A stretch of DNA of 61,227 nt from Candidatus Woesearchaeota archaeon (GCA_964497435.1 CAZCCD010000005.1:46214-107440), one strand, 5' to 3'. Numbered from the stretch's first letter, positions 1 through 9,610 are shown. The notes: generated by a model from the sequence alone, not told the origin. Numbers and translations: made by a program.

Positions 1-81
1 TTCCTGGCCTGGTTTTTGTTAGAATTATTTTTTAGGAATAAAGAAGATATAAAGGGCTGGTTTAAACATAAGAATAAATAA
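1..81 (+). CDS. 3' end of an ORF truncated by the window edge (hypothetical)
   Basis: Frame 1 is open from the window edge to TAA at 79-81. Hydrophobic tail FLAWFLLELFF. No other support. Confidence 0.2.
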   Translation, partial: FLAWFLLELFFRNKEDIKGWFKHKNK

Positions 82-121
82 GGTTAGATAGATATATAAA
101 ATAGCCCAATAGCATATAATA

Positions 122-451
122 ATGTCCAGATTAGTTAAAATATTAAAACTGGTAATAAAAAAGTTAAGAAATAGGCCAGATGACTTTTATTTTTTAGATA
201 AAGATAGTAATGGTAACTATACATATAATAATGAAGTTGTTAAAGCTGAATCTGTACATAATGAAATACAATTGAGTTACATGACTCTTCATGACATGTT
301 GCCCCATGCTATTAGAGGAGCTATGACTGTTTTAACGCATTTAGATTGTGTTCCTGCTAACGCAGTTTATGTTGATCAATCTAGATTTAAAAGAATTAGT
401 GAATATCATGGAGTGGTTCCTATTCAGCCACTAAAAGCAGATATTTCTTAA
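122..451 (+). CDS. hypothetical protein
   Basis: 109-aa ORF with ATG start and no competing ORF. No recognisable motif. Confidence 0.4.
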   Translation: MSRLVKILKLVIKKLRNRPDDFYFLDKDSNGNYTYNNEVVKAESVHNEIQLSYMTLHDMLPHAIRGAMTVLTHLDCVPANAVYVDQSRFKRISEYHGVVPIQPLKADIS

Positions 452-542
452 TGCATTTAATAAGTTATTTAAACTAATCTCTTCTTTATTAAATTATGGT
501 AAGCTAGAATCAAAGATTCTGCATAAGCCATTTTAATATAAA

Positions 543-1976
543 ATGTCTAGAGAAGAACAGATAATAAATGAAAGAAAGAAAAAGATTCATGAGTTGAAAA
601 AACAGGGAATAAATCCTTATCCTAGCAAGTTTGAGAAAAAACACACAATAAAACAGTGTTTAAAATCAAAAGGAAAAGTGCAGACAGCAGGAAGAGTTAT
701 GTTAATAAGAGACATAGGCAAGATTATATTCTCAAAGATAAAAGACGGAACAGGAGAAATCCAGATTGTTTTTCAAGATAAAAAAACACCAAAAGAAGTT
801 TTTAATTTTTTCAAGAAGTATATTGATTCTGGAGATTTTGTTGGAATTGAAGGCCAGATTTTTAAAACAAAAACAAAAGAACTGTCTATCTTAGTTAAAA
901 AACTTGACATTTTGTCTAAGTCTATTCTTCCTCTTCCTGACAAACATAAAGGGCTGCAAGATGAAGAAGAGAAATTAAGAAAAAGATATTTAGATATTCT
1001 AATGAATGAAGAAGTTAAAGAATTATTTATTAAAAAGGGTAAGTTTTGGAAAGCTATTAGAGATTTTTTGCTGGACAAGGGATTTATTGAAGTAGAAACT
1101 CCTGCTCTTGAAATATCTGCAGGAGGAGCTGCTGCAACTCCTTTTAAAACGCATCATAATGCCCTGGATTTAGATGTATATTTAAGGATTTCAATGGGAG
1201 AATTGTGGCAGAAAAAATTAATGGTTGCTGGATTTGAAAAGACTTTTGAAATTGGAAGGCAGTTTAGGAATGAAGGAATAGATCATGAACATTTGCAGGA
1301 TTACACTCAAATGGAATTTTATTGGGGATATGCAAATTACAGGGATGGAATGAAATTAGTCGAGGAAATGTATAAGAAAGTCGCTAAAGAAGTTATAGGC
1401 AGTTTAAAATTTGAAACTAGAGGTTATAAAGTTGATTTAGGAAAAAAATGGGAAGAATATGATTATGAAAAAACAATAAAGAAATATATAGGGGTTGATA
1501 TCTATAATGATTCTGATAAGAAAATAAAAGCAAAGATAAATGAATTAAATATCAAACATGAAGGACATGATAGCAAATGGAAATTAGTTGATTCTTTGTG
1601 GAAATACTGCAGAAAGAAACTTTCAGGGCCTGGCTTTTTAGTCGGCCAGCCAGTTGATATTATTCCTTTGGCAAAAAGATCTAAAGAGAATCCATTAAAA
1701 GTTGAGCAATTCCAAGTAATAATTGCCGGGACAGAGATTGGAAATGGATATAGCGAGTTGAATGATCCAATTGACCAAGAGGCAAGATTTCAAGAACAAA
1801 GAAAACTCAAGGAAGCTGGAGATAAAGAAACTCATGAACACGATGAAAGTTTTGTTGAAGCGTTGAAGTATGGAATGCCCCCTACCTGTGGCTTTGGTGT
1901 TTCAGAAAGGTTATTTGCTTATCTTGTCAATAAGCCTGTTCGAGAGTGTGTGATATTTCCGCTGATGAAAAAATAA
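543..1976 (+). CDS. lysS: lysyl-tRNA synthetase, class II
   Basis: N-terminal OB-fold region followed by a class II core. Motif 2-like FRNEGIDHEHLQDYTQMEFYWGY, GNGYSELNDP, and C-terminal GMPPTCGFGVSERL. Confidence 0.9.
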   Translation: MSREEQIINERKKKIHELKKQGINPYPSKFEKKHTIKQCLKSKGKVQTAGRVMLIRDIGKIIFSKIKDGTGEIQIVFQDKKTPKEVFNFFKKYIDSGDFVGIEGQIFKTKTKELSILVKKLDILSKSILPLPDKHKGLQDEEEKLRKRYLDILMNEEVKELFIKKGKFWKAIRDFLLDKGFIEVETPALEISAGGAAATPFKTHHNALDLDVYLRISMGELWQKKLMVAGFEKTFEIGRQFRNEGIDHEHLQDYTQMEFYWGYANYRDGMKLVEEMYKKVAKEVIGSLKFETRGYKVDLGKKWEEYDYEKTIKKYIGVDIYNDSDKKIKAKINELNIKHEGHDSKWKLVDSLWKYCRKKLSGPGFLVGQPVDIIPLAKRSKENPLKVEQFQVIIAGTEIGNGYSELNDPIDQEARFQEQRKLKEAGDKETHEHDESFVEALKYGMPPTCGFGVSERLFAYLVNKPVRECVIFPLMKK

Positions 1977-1979
1977 ACA

Positions 1980-2507
1980 TCAAATTTTTAATTTTTTAGT
2001 CTTGGTTTCTTTAGCATCATTTTTACAACTATTCTTTTCTTCATATTCTACTAGTTTCTTTTTTAAGAAGGATATTTCAGGACTTTGATAATTCGGAATG
2101 AAATCCCCTTTTCTATTAAATTGTTCCAAACAATGTTTAATTTCTTCTATTTCTGCTATATCTAATTCTTCATCATTCCAAGAACACACTAATTTATCCT
2201 CCGGGTAAAAATATTTACTATAATGATTATTAAAATTTCCACACTCTGCACAATATAGGATTAAACCAACCTCTCTTAAATAATACTGGAAATTTCTTTC
2301 TTTTCCTATCACCTTTATATCATTAAATAAACTACTTTCCTCTACAATACCCCAATCAATTCCTACATAAAAAAGAGGTGATTTACAATATTCACATAGT
2401 ACTGGATTATCTTTTTGTGCCAAACTCCATCCTTTTCTTGTTTCTATACTATCTGCAGTTAATACTGATTTGTTTATTCTTTCTAATTCTTTCATTTTTT
2501 CTGCCAA
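1980..2507 (-). CDS. hypothetical protein with two CxxC pairs (possible zinc ribbon)
   Basis: 175-aa ORF with CEYC...CAEC motifs and a K/E-rich tail. Confidence 0.5.
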   Translation of the reverse strand: MAEKMKELERINKSVLTADSIETRKGWSLAQKDNPVLCEYCKSPLFYVGIDWGIVEESSLFNDIKVIGKERNFQYYLREVGLILYCAECGNFNNHYSKYFYPEDKLVCSWNDEELDIAEIEEIKHCLEQFNRKGDFIPNYQSPEISFLKKKLVEYEEKNSCKNDAKETKTKKLKI

Positions 2508-2768
2508 TAATTTAAATATAATTGCCGATAGCTAAGAAAAATATAGGTATATGAGCCTTAACCTGTGATCATTAAACAATAATCGTTAATCTTTAATCAT
2601 TAAAACATCACATCTCCATGATTGGAATGAGTTACACTCATTATATTTAAAATCTATCTTACAACAATCCTCAAGAATTGCTATAAAATAAACCTATCCT
2701 ATATTCTTATCAAAGCCACCAGCAATCTTACCTATACAAAATAGATAAGCATTAAGACGTTAAGTTAT

Positions 2769-3242
2769 TTAATCTTGTAATGGAGTTGTCCAATTAGTTA
2801 TTTGTATTTTGTTGTCTAACTGAGTTTTTTCAATTTCCAATTTTTCTATTTCATCCTCAATCTCCAACTCATCAAGTTGTGCTATCATTTCTTTTTCATC
2901 TTTATCTTTATAAAAATAATCTCTCCTTCTTTCAAATAAATTACTAAGATTAGAAATTTTACTTCTTATATCATTAACTTTGATTATAGATTCTGCCAAA
3001 GTTATTTCTTCACCATCAATCTTTGTATTAAGATTAGTCTTCTGAATTTTAATTTTCAATACCCTAATTTCATCAATTTTATTATTTATTTCATTTGAGA
3101 GTTTTTTTGGGTCGAATTTTGTTTTCTTACCTTCTTCAACATAAACATTATCTTTTCTTAATGAAATTAGTCTGGCTAATCTACTTTTTTCTTTTTTTAG
3201 CTTACTTAATGCCTCTCCAAGTTTCATATTTCCAGTTTTCAT
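2769..3242 (-). CDS. DIP1984-family (septicolysin-like) coiled-coil protein
   Basis: MKLGEAL start, long coiled coil and a C-terminal NWTTPL motif. This matches my recollection of DIP1984-family proteins. Confidence 0.55.
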   Translation of the reverse strand: MKTGNMKLGEALSKLKKEKSRLARLISLRKDNVYVEEGKKTKFDPKKLSNEINNKIDEIRVLKIKIQKTNLNTKIDGEEITLAESIIKVNDIRSKISNLSNLFERRRDYFYKDKDEKEMIAQLDELEIEDEIEKLEIEKTQLDNKIQITNWTTPLQD

Positions 3243-3342
3243 TATCCTGCAAAAGTTTTTTGATTTAAAAAGTTATGACGTATGTTTTTGGGGGTGTGGA
3301 AACACTCTTTTATGTTTATAAAGAAATTAAAGAAGTATTTTA

Positions 3343-3966
3343 TTAGAGCATTAATTGCCTTATAGTATTAACAAATTCTTCTGCAGTATTAATTGCTTGT
3401 TTTGCATTATATTCTTCTACATTTGGAGTAACCCGATAAGTGAATATCTCTCTTGAAGAACGGCTTTTATCATATTGTTTAGTATATTCGTAAGCTTTCT
3501 CTTGAAAATCTTCAACATTGATTTTTTGGATCTGTGCAGTAGTTTCAAAAGTTTTTAGATATTCCTCATAAAGATGCTTAGCTAATTTTTTAGTTTTAAC
3601 TAGATAATACAGAAGTATATATTCTGTTATTACATGGACGCCCCTTAATCCTTCTTTAAGCTTTGTTTTATATTTCAATGCGAGAAATGAATGAACAATA
3701 TAATACATTGAATAATAAGCAGCAGATACAACCTCTGCGTAATCTTTATAATCCCTGCTAAGTTTAAGATTTTCTTTATTATCTTTAGATGCATCATAAA
3801 TAATCTTCGCTGTTTCTAATCTGTTTTTGCTTTTTTCCTCATAAAATTTGCTTATTTGATCTTTTTCTACTTCATCAAGTTTTTTCAAATCGCCCGATTG
3901 AATAAGCCTTAAAACCTGCTTTTCTGCAATTTCAATTTTCTTTTTAATTGTATCCTTTATTTGCAT
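3343..3966 (-). CDS. HEPN-like all-helical protein, partner of the upstream nucleotidyltransferase
   Basis: Lies 4 nt downstream of the MNT-type gene on the same strand. Helical, with AAYYSMYYIVHSFLALK. The HEPN assignment rests on context. Confidence 0.4.
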   Translation of the reverse strand: MQIKDTIKKKIEIAEKQVLRLIQSGDLKKLDEVEKDQISKFYEEKSKNRLETAKIIYDASKDNKENLKLSRDYKDYAEVVSAAYYSMYYIVHSFLALKYKTKLKEGLRGVHVITEYILLYYLVKTKKLAKHLYEEYLKTFETTAQIQKINVEDFQEKAYEYTKQYDKSRSSREIFTYRVTPNVEEYNAKQAINTAEEFVNTIRQLML

Positions 3967-3969
3967 TTC

Positions 3970-4569
3970 TTAATCCTCTTTTATTATTTGATAGTATTCT
4001 TCTACCCCATATAAAATAATGTGGTGTTTTCTCGCTTCATTGCCTATATTAAATTCATTTGTATTTTTTATCATTTCTTTAAAATCATTTATATCAACAA
4101 AATTAATTCTTTTTTTAACTTTAGTATATATTTTATCTATAAAATTCTCTATTTCTTTTATATCTTTTTTATTTTGTACAATAATTAATAAATCTAAATC
4201 AGACTTTTGTGTTTGAGTTTCTTTAGCGTAACTTCCAAAAATAAGCATAACAAAAAAATAATTTTTGCTTGCTGTTAAAATATCCTTTAACATTAATTTT
4301 ATCCATGGATTTTTTTGTAATAATCTTTCTCTTCTTTTGAGCTCAATGTTAATAAGAATATCTACAGGCGCGAATTCATTTAATCTTATAATTTGTGCTG
4401 GGGGTACAGCCTGTTTTTTAATGATTTTCTTTTTCTCTAAATCAGCAATATTGTTGTAAACCAGTGTATAGGATTTGTTTAATCTTTTAGCAAGCCCCCT
4501 TATAGTAAGTTGTTCGTCTGGGTTTCCTAATAAAAAATCTAAAAGTTCTTCTTGAGTCTTAGTTGTCAT
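3970..4569 (-). CDS. wHTH plus minimal nucleotidyltransferase (MNT-type) protein
   Basis: N-terminal wHTH (LTIRGLAKRLNKSYTLVYNNIADLEKK) and the NTase signature FGSYAKETQTQKSDLDLLII (GS..DxD). Confidence 0.7.
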   Translation of the reverse strand: MTTKTQEELLDFLLGNPDEQLTIRGLAKRLNKSYTLVYNNIADLEKKKIIKKQAVPPAQIIRLNEFAPVDILINIELKRRERLLQKNPWIKLMLKDILTASKNYFFVMLIFGSYAKETQTQKSDLDLLIIVQNKKDIKEIENFIDKIYTKVKKRINFVDINDFKEMIKNTNEFNIGNEARKHHIILYGVEEYYQIIKED

Positions 4570-4642
4570 GTTAATTATACTATTTCTAGTATCAATTGAT
4601 ATTAGTATTAGGTTATATATAAATCTTTCTATTTTAGTTCTT

Positions 4643-4906
4643 TCATTTTCTTTCTTTGCCGTCTAAATAAATAACTATTATAGGCCTATTATTTTTATCT
4701 TCGGCTAAATAACAATACAATAACTGGCCTTTTTTCAAGCAAGACCCGAGTGCAACCAATTTATTTATAGATATATTAAAAGTAGCTCTTTTTTGCGCCA
4801 CCTTGCTTTTCCATCCAATATTCTGAAATTTTATCCTCATTTTTATATTACCATATTTGGTAACCAATATTAAGAACAATAGATATATAAGGTTTTCGGT
4901 AATCAA
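4643..4906 (-). CDS. small hypothetical protein (true start possibly the internal Met at 4840)
   Basis: 87-aa ORF. The N-terminal 22 aa are hydrophobic and may be non-coding. Confidence 0.3.
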   Translation of the reverse strand: MITENLIYLLFLILVTKYGNIKMRIKFQNIGWKSKVAQKRATFNISINKLVALGSCLKKGQLLYCYLAEDKNNRPIIVIYLDGKERK

Positions 4907-4923
4907 TTAAATATCAATTTAAA

Positions 4924-5385
4924 ATGTACCCATCAAAAAAAGAAAAAATAATACATGATAAGGTTCTTGACATTTTGAAAAAGAATAGTAAAGGGCTTAC
5001 TATGACAGAATTAGTAAAGAGTAGTGGATTTTCTCGCAAAGCTATTGAAAAACATTTACAAATATTAATACTTGAAAACGAGATTTATATGAAACAATTT
5101 GGAGTTACAAAAGTTTACTATCCCAATCATAGAATTCAACATTTTGATTTTGAAAAGCTTTCATATAATAATAAGACTATATGGTTCAACATTTTAGAGG
5201 GGGAGTTTGGTATCTACCTATTAATTCAAAAAAAGAGAAAAGTTGGAAATGATTGGATTCATGAACACTCTATCTCTATTCCATTAGATCAGTGTGAACA
5301 ATTTTTAAATGTTCTAAATAAAATTTTACATACAAAGAGAATGAAAGAGTTAGTAAATAAAAAGCAAAAATCCAAACAAGAATAA
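4924..5385 (+). CDS. winged-helix DNA-binding protein
   Basis: N-terminal wHTH pattern GLTMTELVKSSGFSRKAIEKHLQILILENEIY. Confidence 0.5.
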   Translation: MYPSKKEKIIHDKVLDILKKNSKGLTMTELVKSSGFSRKAIEKHLQILILENEIYMKQFGVTKVYYPNHRIQHFDFEKLSYNNKTIWFNILEGEFGIYLLIQKKRKVGNDWIHEHSISIPLDQCEQFLNVLNKILHTKRMKELVNKKQKSKQE

Positions 5386-5450
5386 AATATAAAGATCTCC
5401 TTTTTTTGCAAAACAAACTCTTATAAACTTCCTCTAAGATATATTATTTT

Positions 5451-6122
5451 ATGTCAAAACTACCAATTACAAGAACTCAAGCCTTTGAACTTATCAAAAA
5501 GTATAATAAAGACGAAAGAGACCTAATTCATTACTTAGAAAGCGAGGCTGTCATGAGAGAGTTAGCTTCTAAACTTGGTGAAGATGTTGATTACTATGGA
5601 ATGCTTGGTTTGCTTCATGACATTGATTGGGGCTTAACAAAAGACAACCCAAAAACACACATGACTAAAGCTCCTGAAATTTTAAAAAAAACTGGTTTTG
5701 ACAATGAGTTTATTGAAATAATTTTAAGTCATGCTTACGGATTTGATTGCGGAGGAGATGATTCTGATTTTCTAAATAAAAAAAGAACAAAGAAAATAGA
5801 ATTTGCTTTAGCCGCTAGTGAAACTATAACTGGTTTAATACATGCCTATGCTTTAATGCGACAAGGAAGAATTTCAGACATGGAAGTTTCTGGCTTGAAA
5901 AAGAAATTTAAAGACAAGACTTTTGCAGCTGCAGTTGATAGAGAAATTATTCGAGAATGTGAAAACCTCCAGCGGGTTTCTCACACTTCCAGCGACCAAA
6001 CCGAATCTTCTAATTGCCTCCGACAGATTCGGAATGAAAATCTTGGTTTAACTTTAGATGAATTCTTCAAAATTGCAATAGAAGGAATTAAAAAAATTAA
6101 GGAAGAAGTTGGATTAAGTTAA
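5451..6122 (+). CDS. HD-domain phosphohydrolase carrying an in-frame ~26-aa insert
   Basis: LGLLHDIDWG (HD dyad) and SHAYGFD. The insert NLQRVSHTSSDQTESSNCLRQIRNEN is encoded by a GC-rich hairpin element. Confidence 0.75.
   Translation: MSKLPITRTQAFELIKKYNKDERDLIHYLESEAVMRELASKLGEDVDYYGMLGLLHDIDWGLTKDNPKTHMTKAPEILKKTGFDNEFIEIILSHAYGFDCGGDDSDFLNKKRTKKIEFALAASETITGLIHAYALMRQGRISDMEVSGLKKKFKDKTFAAAVDREIIRECENLQRVSHTSSDQTESSNCLRQIRNENLGLTLDEFFKIAIEGIKKIKEEVGLS
5967..6031 (-). mobile_element. miniature hairpin cassette inserted antisense and in frame inside the HD gene
   Basis: GC-rich block in an AT-rich gene. 8-bp stem ccgaatct/agattcgg (6001-6032) with loop ..ttgcctccgac. Homologous to the L11 leader cassette. 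Flanked by gaatgtgaaaac / gaatgaaaatc. Confidence 0.4.
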
Positions 6123-6172
6123 TAGCATAATAGCCCAATAATCTTTAAAAATAAATTAATTATTTTTTATAT

Positions 6173-7741
6173 ATGCAAATTAAAACCAATCCTTTGACAG
6201 CTGAATTATCTTTCTTAAGCCCAAATCAAAGATCTCAACTAATGTATATTGCTAAAGAAAAAGTATCTCAATATAAAGGACGAGCACCCTCTTCAATTGC
6301 AATTTGTCCAGTAAGAACTGGGCGCGGTTACAGAGGATATGACACTGCAGACCATCTAGTGGCTATATGGGAGGGTTTTCAATTGGATGAAGGCAAAGTA
6401 AGTGCTTTAGAATCCCTTATGATAGAAGTCAATGAACCAAATCAAGTTGAAACAAGAAGATATAGATCTGGGAGATTGGTTCCTGCAAGACCATACAGGT
6501 CTACTAGTTTTGGGGTGCATGAAAGTACAAGAGGATACTTAATCTCAGAAAATCCTTGGAAAAACCAGGGACTTTTCATTGTCAGAAAATTTGATTCAAG
6601 AGAAGAAGCAACAAAAGCTGTAAGAAGAGAAAGAGGCAGGTGGTTATTTAATGGAAGATCTTTTGTAGAATTAAGATTACCTCTTGAAACAACAAACTTA
6701 TCAGCCCTAGAACAAATTACTAGAGTCTCTTCAGTTCTTGGAGCAAATCTTCCAAAAGACCAGAAGAAAATGATTTATGATTTGTATAGATCATTGATGC
6801 TAGCAGATGTAGATCAAAAAACCTCTGATGAGTTAGCTGGTCTTGAAGGTATACTTGACTTCGTCAGATGGACCTTATTTGGAGGATCTGTAAACCCTAC
6901 AATTTCTGAATACTATGGATTAAGAGACCGTTCTGTAATGCTTGCTGGAGTTTATGGTGTTGGAAAGACAACTATTGCTAAGGTGCTAGCTACAGAAAAC
7001 CATAGCTCATTATTTATTCCAATAGAAGCCTTAACATTAGTTGAATCTCTTTTTGAAAAAAAGGGAGATGAAGAAAAATATACCTTGTTTGATGCTGTTA
7101 AAAGGTTACAAGGTAGGACTGGTGTTGATATTGCACTATTCTGTGATGATATAGAATCTGCAATGATAGATCCAAAGCATCATCATATGGGGCCTGAATA
7201 TTTAGCTGGTACATCCTCCTTGTTAAACAAATTACAAGGAATTGGGGGAGGAAATACTTTATTGAACGGATCAACAAATAATCCTTTTGTAATTGATCCA
7301 AGATTTTTAGAGTTTGGAAGGGTAGGATATATTATTCATGTTCCATTGCCAGATGAAATAGGTAGATTAAGAACTTTTGAGATACATACAAGACAAAGGC
7401 CAATAAAAAGAAAAATGGATTTTCAAGACCTAGCTAAAAAAACAGAAGGATTTAGTAACAGGGCTATTGAAGAGGTATGTAATAAAGCTGGCGAGTCTGC
7501 ACTGAGACGAGCTGCAAGGTCAATAAAAAAGCCTGGAGAAACAGAATTTGATGCAGCTAAAAGAGTTACTTTAGATATAGCAGAAGATTTTCCAATACGC
7601 GAAGAAGATTTTGAGAGAGGGTTGACAATTGTAAGAAGACACATAAGAACTGATCAGGTAAGGGCATTAGACAGAGATATAGGAAATTTTTGTGAAGACT
7701 ACAACAGTAGAACAATTGGCTTCAATTCTAAACCTCGTTAA
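6173..7741 (+). CDS. AAA+ ATPase (classical AAA clade, single module) with an unrecognised ~250-aa N-terminal domain
   Basis: Walker A GVYGVGKTT, Walker B-like ALFCDDIES, and a C-terminal lid typical of CDC48/PAN/FtsH-type AAA (LPDEIGRLRTFEIHT...GFSNRAIEEVCNKAGESALRRA). Arg-rich and visibly higher GC than its neighbours. Confidence 0.8.
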   Translation: MQIKTNPLTAELSFLSPNQRSQLMYIAKEKVSQYKGRAPSSIAICPVRTGRGYRGYDTADHLVAIWEGFQLDEGKVSALESLMIEVNEPNQVETRRYRSGRLVPARPYRSTSFGVHESTRGYLISENPWKNQGLFIVRKFDSREEATKAVRRERGRWLFNGRSFVELRLPLETTNLSALEQITRVSSVLGANLPKDQKKMIYDLYRSLMLADVDQKTSDELAGLEGILDFVRWTLFGGSVNPTISEYYGLRDRSVMLAGVYGVGKTTIAKVLATENHSSLFIPIEALTLVESLFEKKGDEEKYTLFDAVKRLQGRTGVDIALFCDDIESAMIDPKHHHMGPEYLAGTSSLLNKLQGIGGGNTLLNGSTNNPFVIDPRFLEFGRVGYIIHVPLPDEIGRLRTFEIHTRQRPIKRKMDFQDLAKKTEGFSNRAIEEVCNKAGESALRRAARSIKKPGETEFDAAKRVTLDIAEDFPIREEDFERGLTIVRRHIRTDQVRALDRDIGNFCEDYNSRTIGFNSKPR

Positions 7742-7786
7742 AAAAATAATAAAAAATTATAAAAACTCATTTTTGTTAATTGAATT

Positions 7787-8104
7787 ATGGTCTCATTATC
7801 AGAAGTTATTGGAGCTAAAATTACTTGGTATGTCTTGATTTTTCTTTCACCATTAATTTTATTGGTTATTATAAAGGCCAGACAAAAAAAACTTTTTGAA
7901 TTAATAAAAAGACCTGTTTTTTTAATTTTTTCAATAATTTCAATATTGGCAACTATTTATTATTTTTATGTCATGTTAACTTGTGAAAGTGGGTGGTTTG
8001 GAGGAGAATGTTTGTGGGCAGTACTCATATTCTATTTTTTCTTAATTCCAAGTTCCATAGTTTTGTTAATCGTGTTAATAAAAGATTTAAAAAAGAAAGA
8101 ATAA
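7787..8104 (+). CDS. small integral membrane protein
   Basis: 105 aa with three hydrophobic segments. Confidence 0.5.
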   Translation: MVSLSEVIGAKITWYVLIFLSPLILLVIIKARQKKLFELIKRPVFLIFSIISILATIYYFYVMLTCESGWFGGECLWAVLIFYFFLIPSSIVLLIVLIKDLKKKE

Positions 8105-8184
8105 TGCAGAATTGTTAATACCAAAACATTTATATACCTCCGATTATATAAATTTATATAGATAGATTAATAAACTTATATAAA

Positions 8185-8442
8185 ATGGAACAAATAATTC
8201 ATTATCCAAATCTTAAAACAGTGTTAATGGTAGAAAGGGCTTTAAAAGAAGCAGATAAAATAATGACTAGAGAAGAGCTTAAGGAAAAATTGCCAAAACA
8301 GATAATGCATCAAACATTAAACATAATTCTAAATTACCTAGAAAAGAGAGGGATGATTATAGATAGCCATAAAGGAATATTATGGATTTACAATCCAAGT
8401 CCAAGGCTAAAAAAAGCAATTGAAAAGGGAAGAGAGATATAA
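8185..8442 (+). CDS. wHTH protein, putative antitoxin
   Basis: 85 aa. TAATG stop/start overlap with the downstream toxin-like gene. wHTH-like LNIILNYLEKRGMI. Confidence 0.45.
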   Translation: MEQIIHYPNLKTVLMVERALKEADKIMTREELKEKLPKQIMHQTLNIILNYLEKRGMIIDSHKGILWIYNPSPRLKKAIEKGREI

Positions 8443-8816
8443 TGTATCAAGGTAAAGAAGTTAAAGTAATTTTATCTCAAGAGGCAGATGAAGTTTATGG
8501 AGATTTAAATAAGATTGTTGATGAAGAGAAAAATAAAGGGATAGACAGTTCTTTCCATCAAACTTTATTAAGGTCAATAAACAGAGTTAAGGAATTATTA
8601 AAACAAAACCCTTTTGCAGGGGATCAGGTTCCAAAAAAATTAATTCCTGAAAGATATATTAAAAAATACTTAGTAGAAAATGTCTGGAGAATTGAATTGG
8701 CAGACAGGTGGAGGCTTTTGTATACAATAACTGGAAATAAAATTGAGATAATAAATTTTGTTTTAGATATAGTTAACCATAGAGATTACGACAAAATTTT
8801 GGGATATAAACATTAA
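8442..8816 (+). CDS. RelE/ParE-like toxin
   Basis: VWRIELADRWRLLYTITGNKIEIINFV resembles the RelE/ParE core (W/YRI..gdyRiiY.i). Overlaps the upstream small gene. Confidence 0.45.
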   Translation: MYQGKEVKVILSQEADEVYGDLNKIVDEEKNKGIDSSFHQTLLRSINRVKELLKQNPFAGDQVPKKLIPERYIKKYLVENVWRIELADRWRLLYTITGNKIEIINFVLDIVNHRDYDKILGYKH

Positions 8817-8841
8817 TAAATAAAAAACATTTCAATAAGTT

Positions 8842-9030
8842 ATGTCCTTAATCGTAAAATCAAACATAAAAAAGGTCGTGAAAGATTTGCAGGGGAAAGA
8901 AGAAAATGTAACCTCTGTTGCTGAAGAAGTCGGCATGGCTTTGGAAAGAAAAGTTGAGGAGATTTTGAGAGAGGGGATAAAGAGAGCGAAGGAAAACGGA
9001 CGCCGTACACTACAAGCTAGAGATCTTTAG
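8842..9030 (+). CDS. histone-fold-like small DNA-binding protein (DUF1931-like)
   Basis: 62 aa. Helix-strand-helix pattern ending in AKENGRRTLQARDL, as in archaeal histone-fold proteins. Confidence 0.45.
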   Translation: MSLIVKSNIKKVVKDLQGKEENVTSVAEEVGMALERKVEEILREGIKRAKENGRRTLQARDL

Positions 9031-9497
9031 TAAGGTCTTGATTTCATATAAAAAGGTCCGTATAGTCTTGGACCATAACTACTTGTAAAATCTTCTACAA
9101 AATAAAGATCATCTCCACAAAATATTGCTCTTCTCCTATGTCCAAGACCTTCACCATAAGAACCATCATCTAAATAATAAAAATATTCAATTACTATTGG
9201 AGTTGCGTCTGTTGAAACACATTTGTAATCTTCCAAATCCCAACTTTTTGCATTACCCTGAATTAAATATTCTGACAAATCTCCATCAAATTGTATGAAC
9301 CCGTTTACAGATTTGCTTGGTTCAAAAAATTCCAATTCAAAATAACCTTCTGGCAGACCATATACACAATACCCGTCTTGATTAGAGCACTCCTGATTAA
9401 TTTTAGTAGTAGAAGTAGATTTAGCAAAGTTATAAACCAAAATTCCAGCTAAAATTACAATTAATAAAATTCCTATAGTCAAATATGCTTGTTTCAT
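9027..9497 (-). CDS. membrane-anchored secreted protein
   Basis: N-terminal anchor AYLTIGILLIVILAGILVY and a Cys/aromatic-rich ectodomain. Confidence 0.5.
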   Translation of the reverse strand: MKQAYLTIGILLIVILAGILVYNFAKSTSTTKINQECSNQDGYCVYGLPEGYFELEFFEPSKSVNGFIQFDGDLSEYLIQGNAKSWDLEDYKCVSTDATPIVIEYFYYLDDGSYGEGLGHRRRAIFCGDDLYFVEDFTSSYGPRLYGPFYMKSRPY

Positions 9498-9610
9498 ACA
9501 TAATTGAGATTAATCTTCTTTAAAAAGATAACGAAGACTTCAAATAAAATTGAAGTATTTAACTAATTATAAAAGTTAATTATAAAAACCCTTTCTTCAT
9601 TTTTATAATC

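Noticed and set aside
773-1078. Antisense or alternative-frame ORFs inside confident genes. Examples: 773-1078, 4019-4459, 7098-7644, 14203-14745, 15720-16103, 20774-22950, 27247-28251, 43477-44862, 46498-46773, 47553-47852, 49042-49296, 51827-52834, 56401-56724.
   Set aside because: Each is fully embedded in a longer ORF on the other strand or frame that has clear family motifs. Their translations are low-complexity (S/L/F/I-rich), typical of shadow ORFs in AT-rich DNA.
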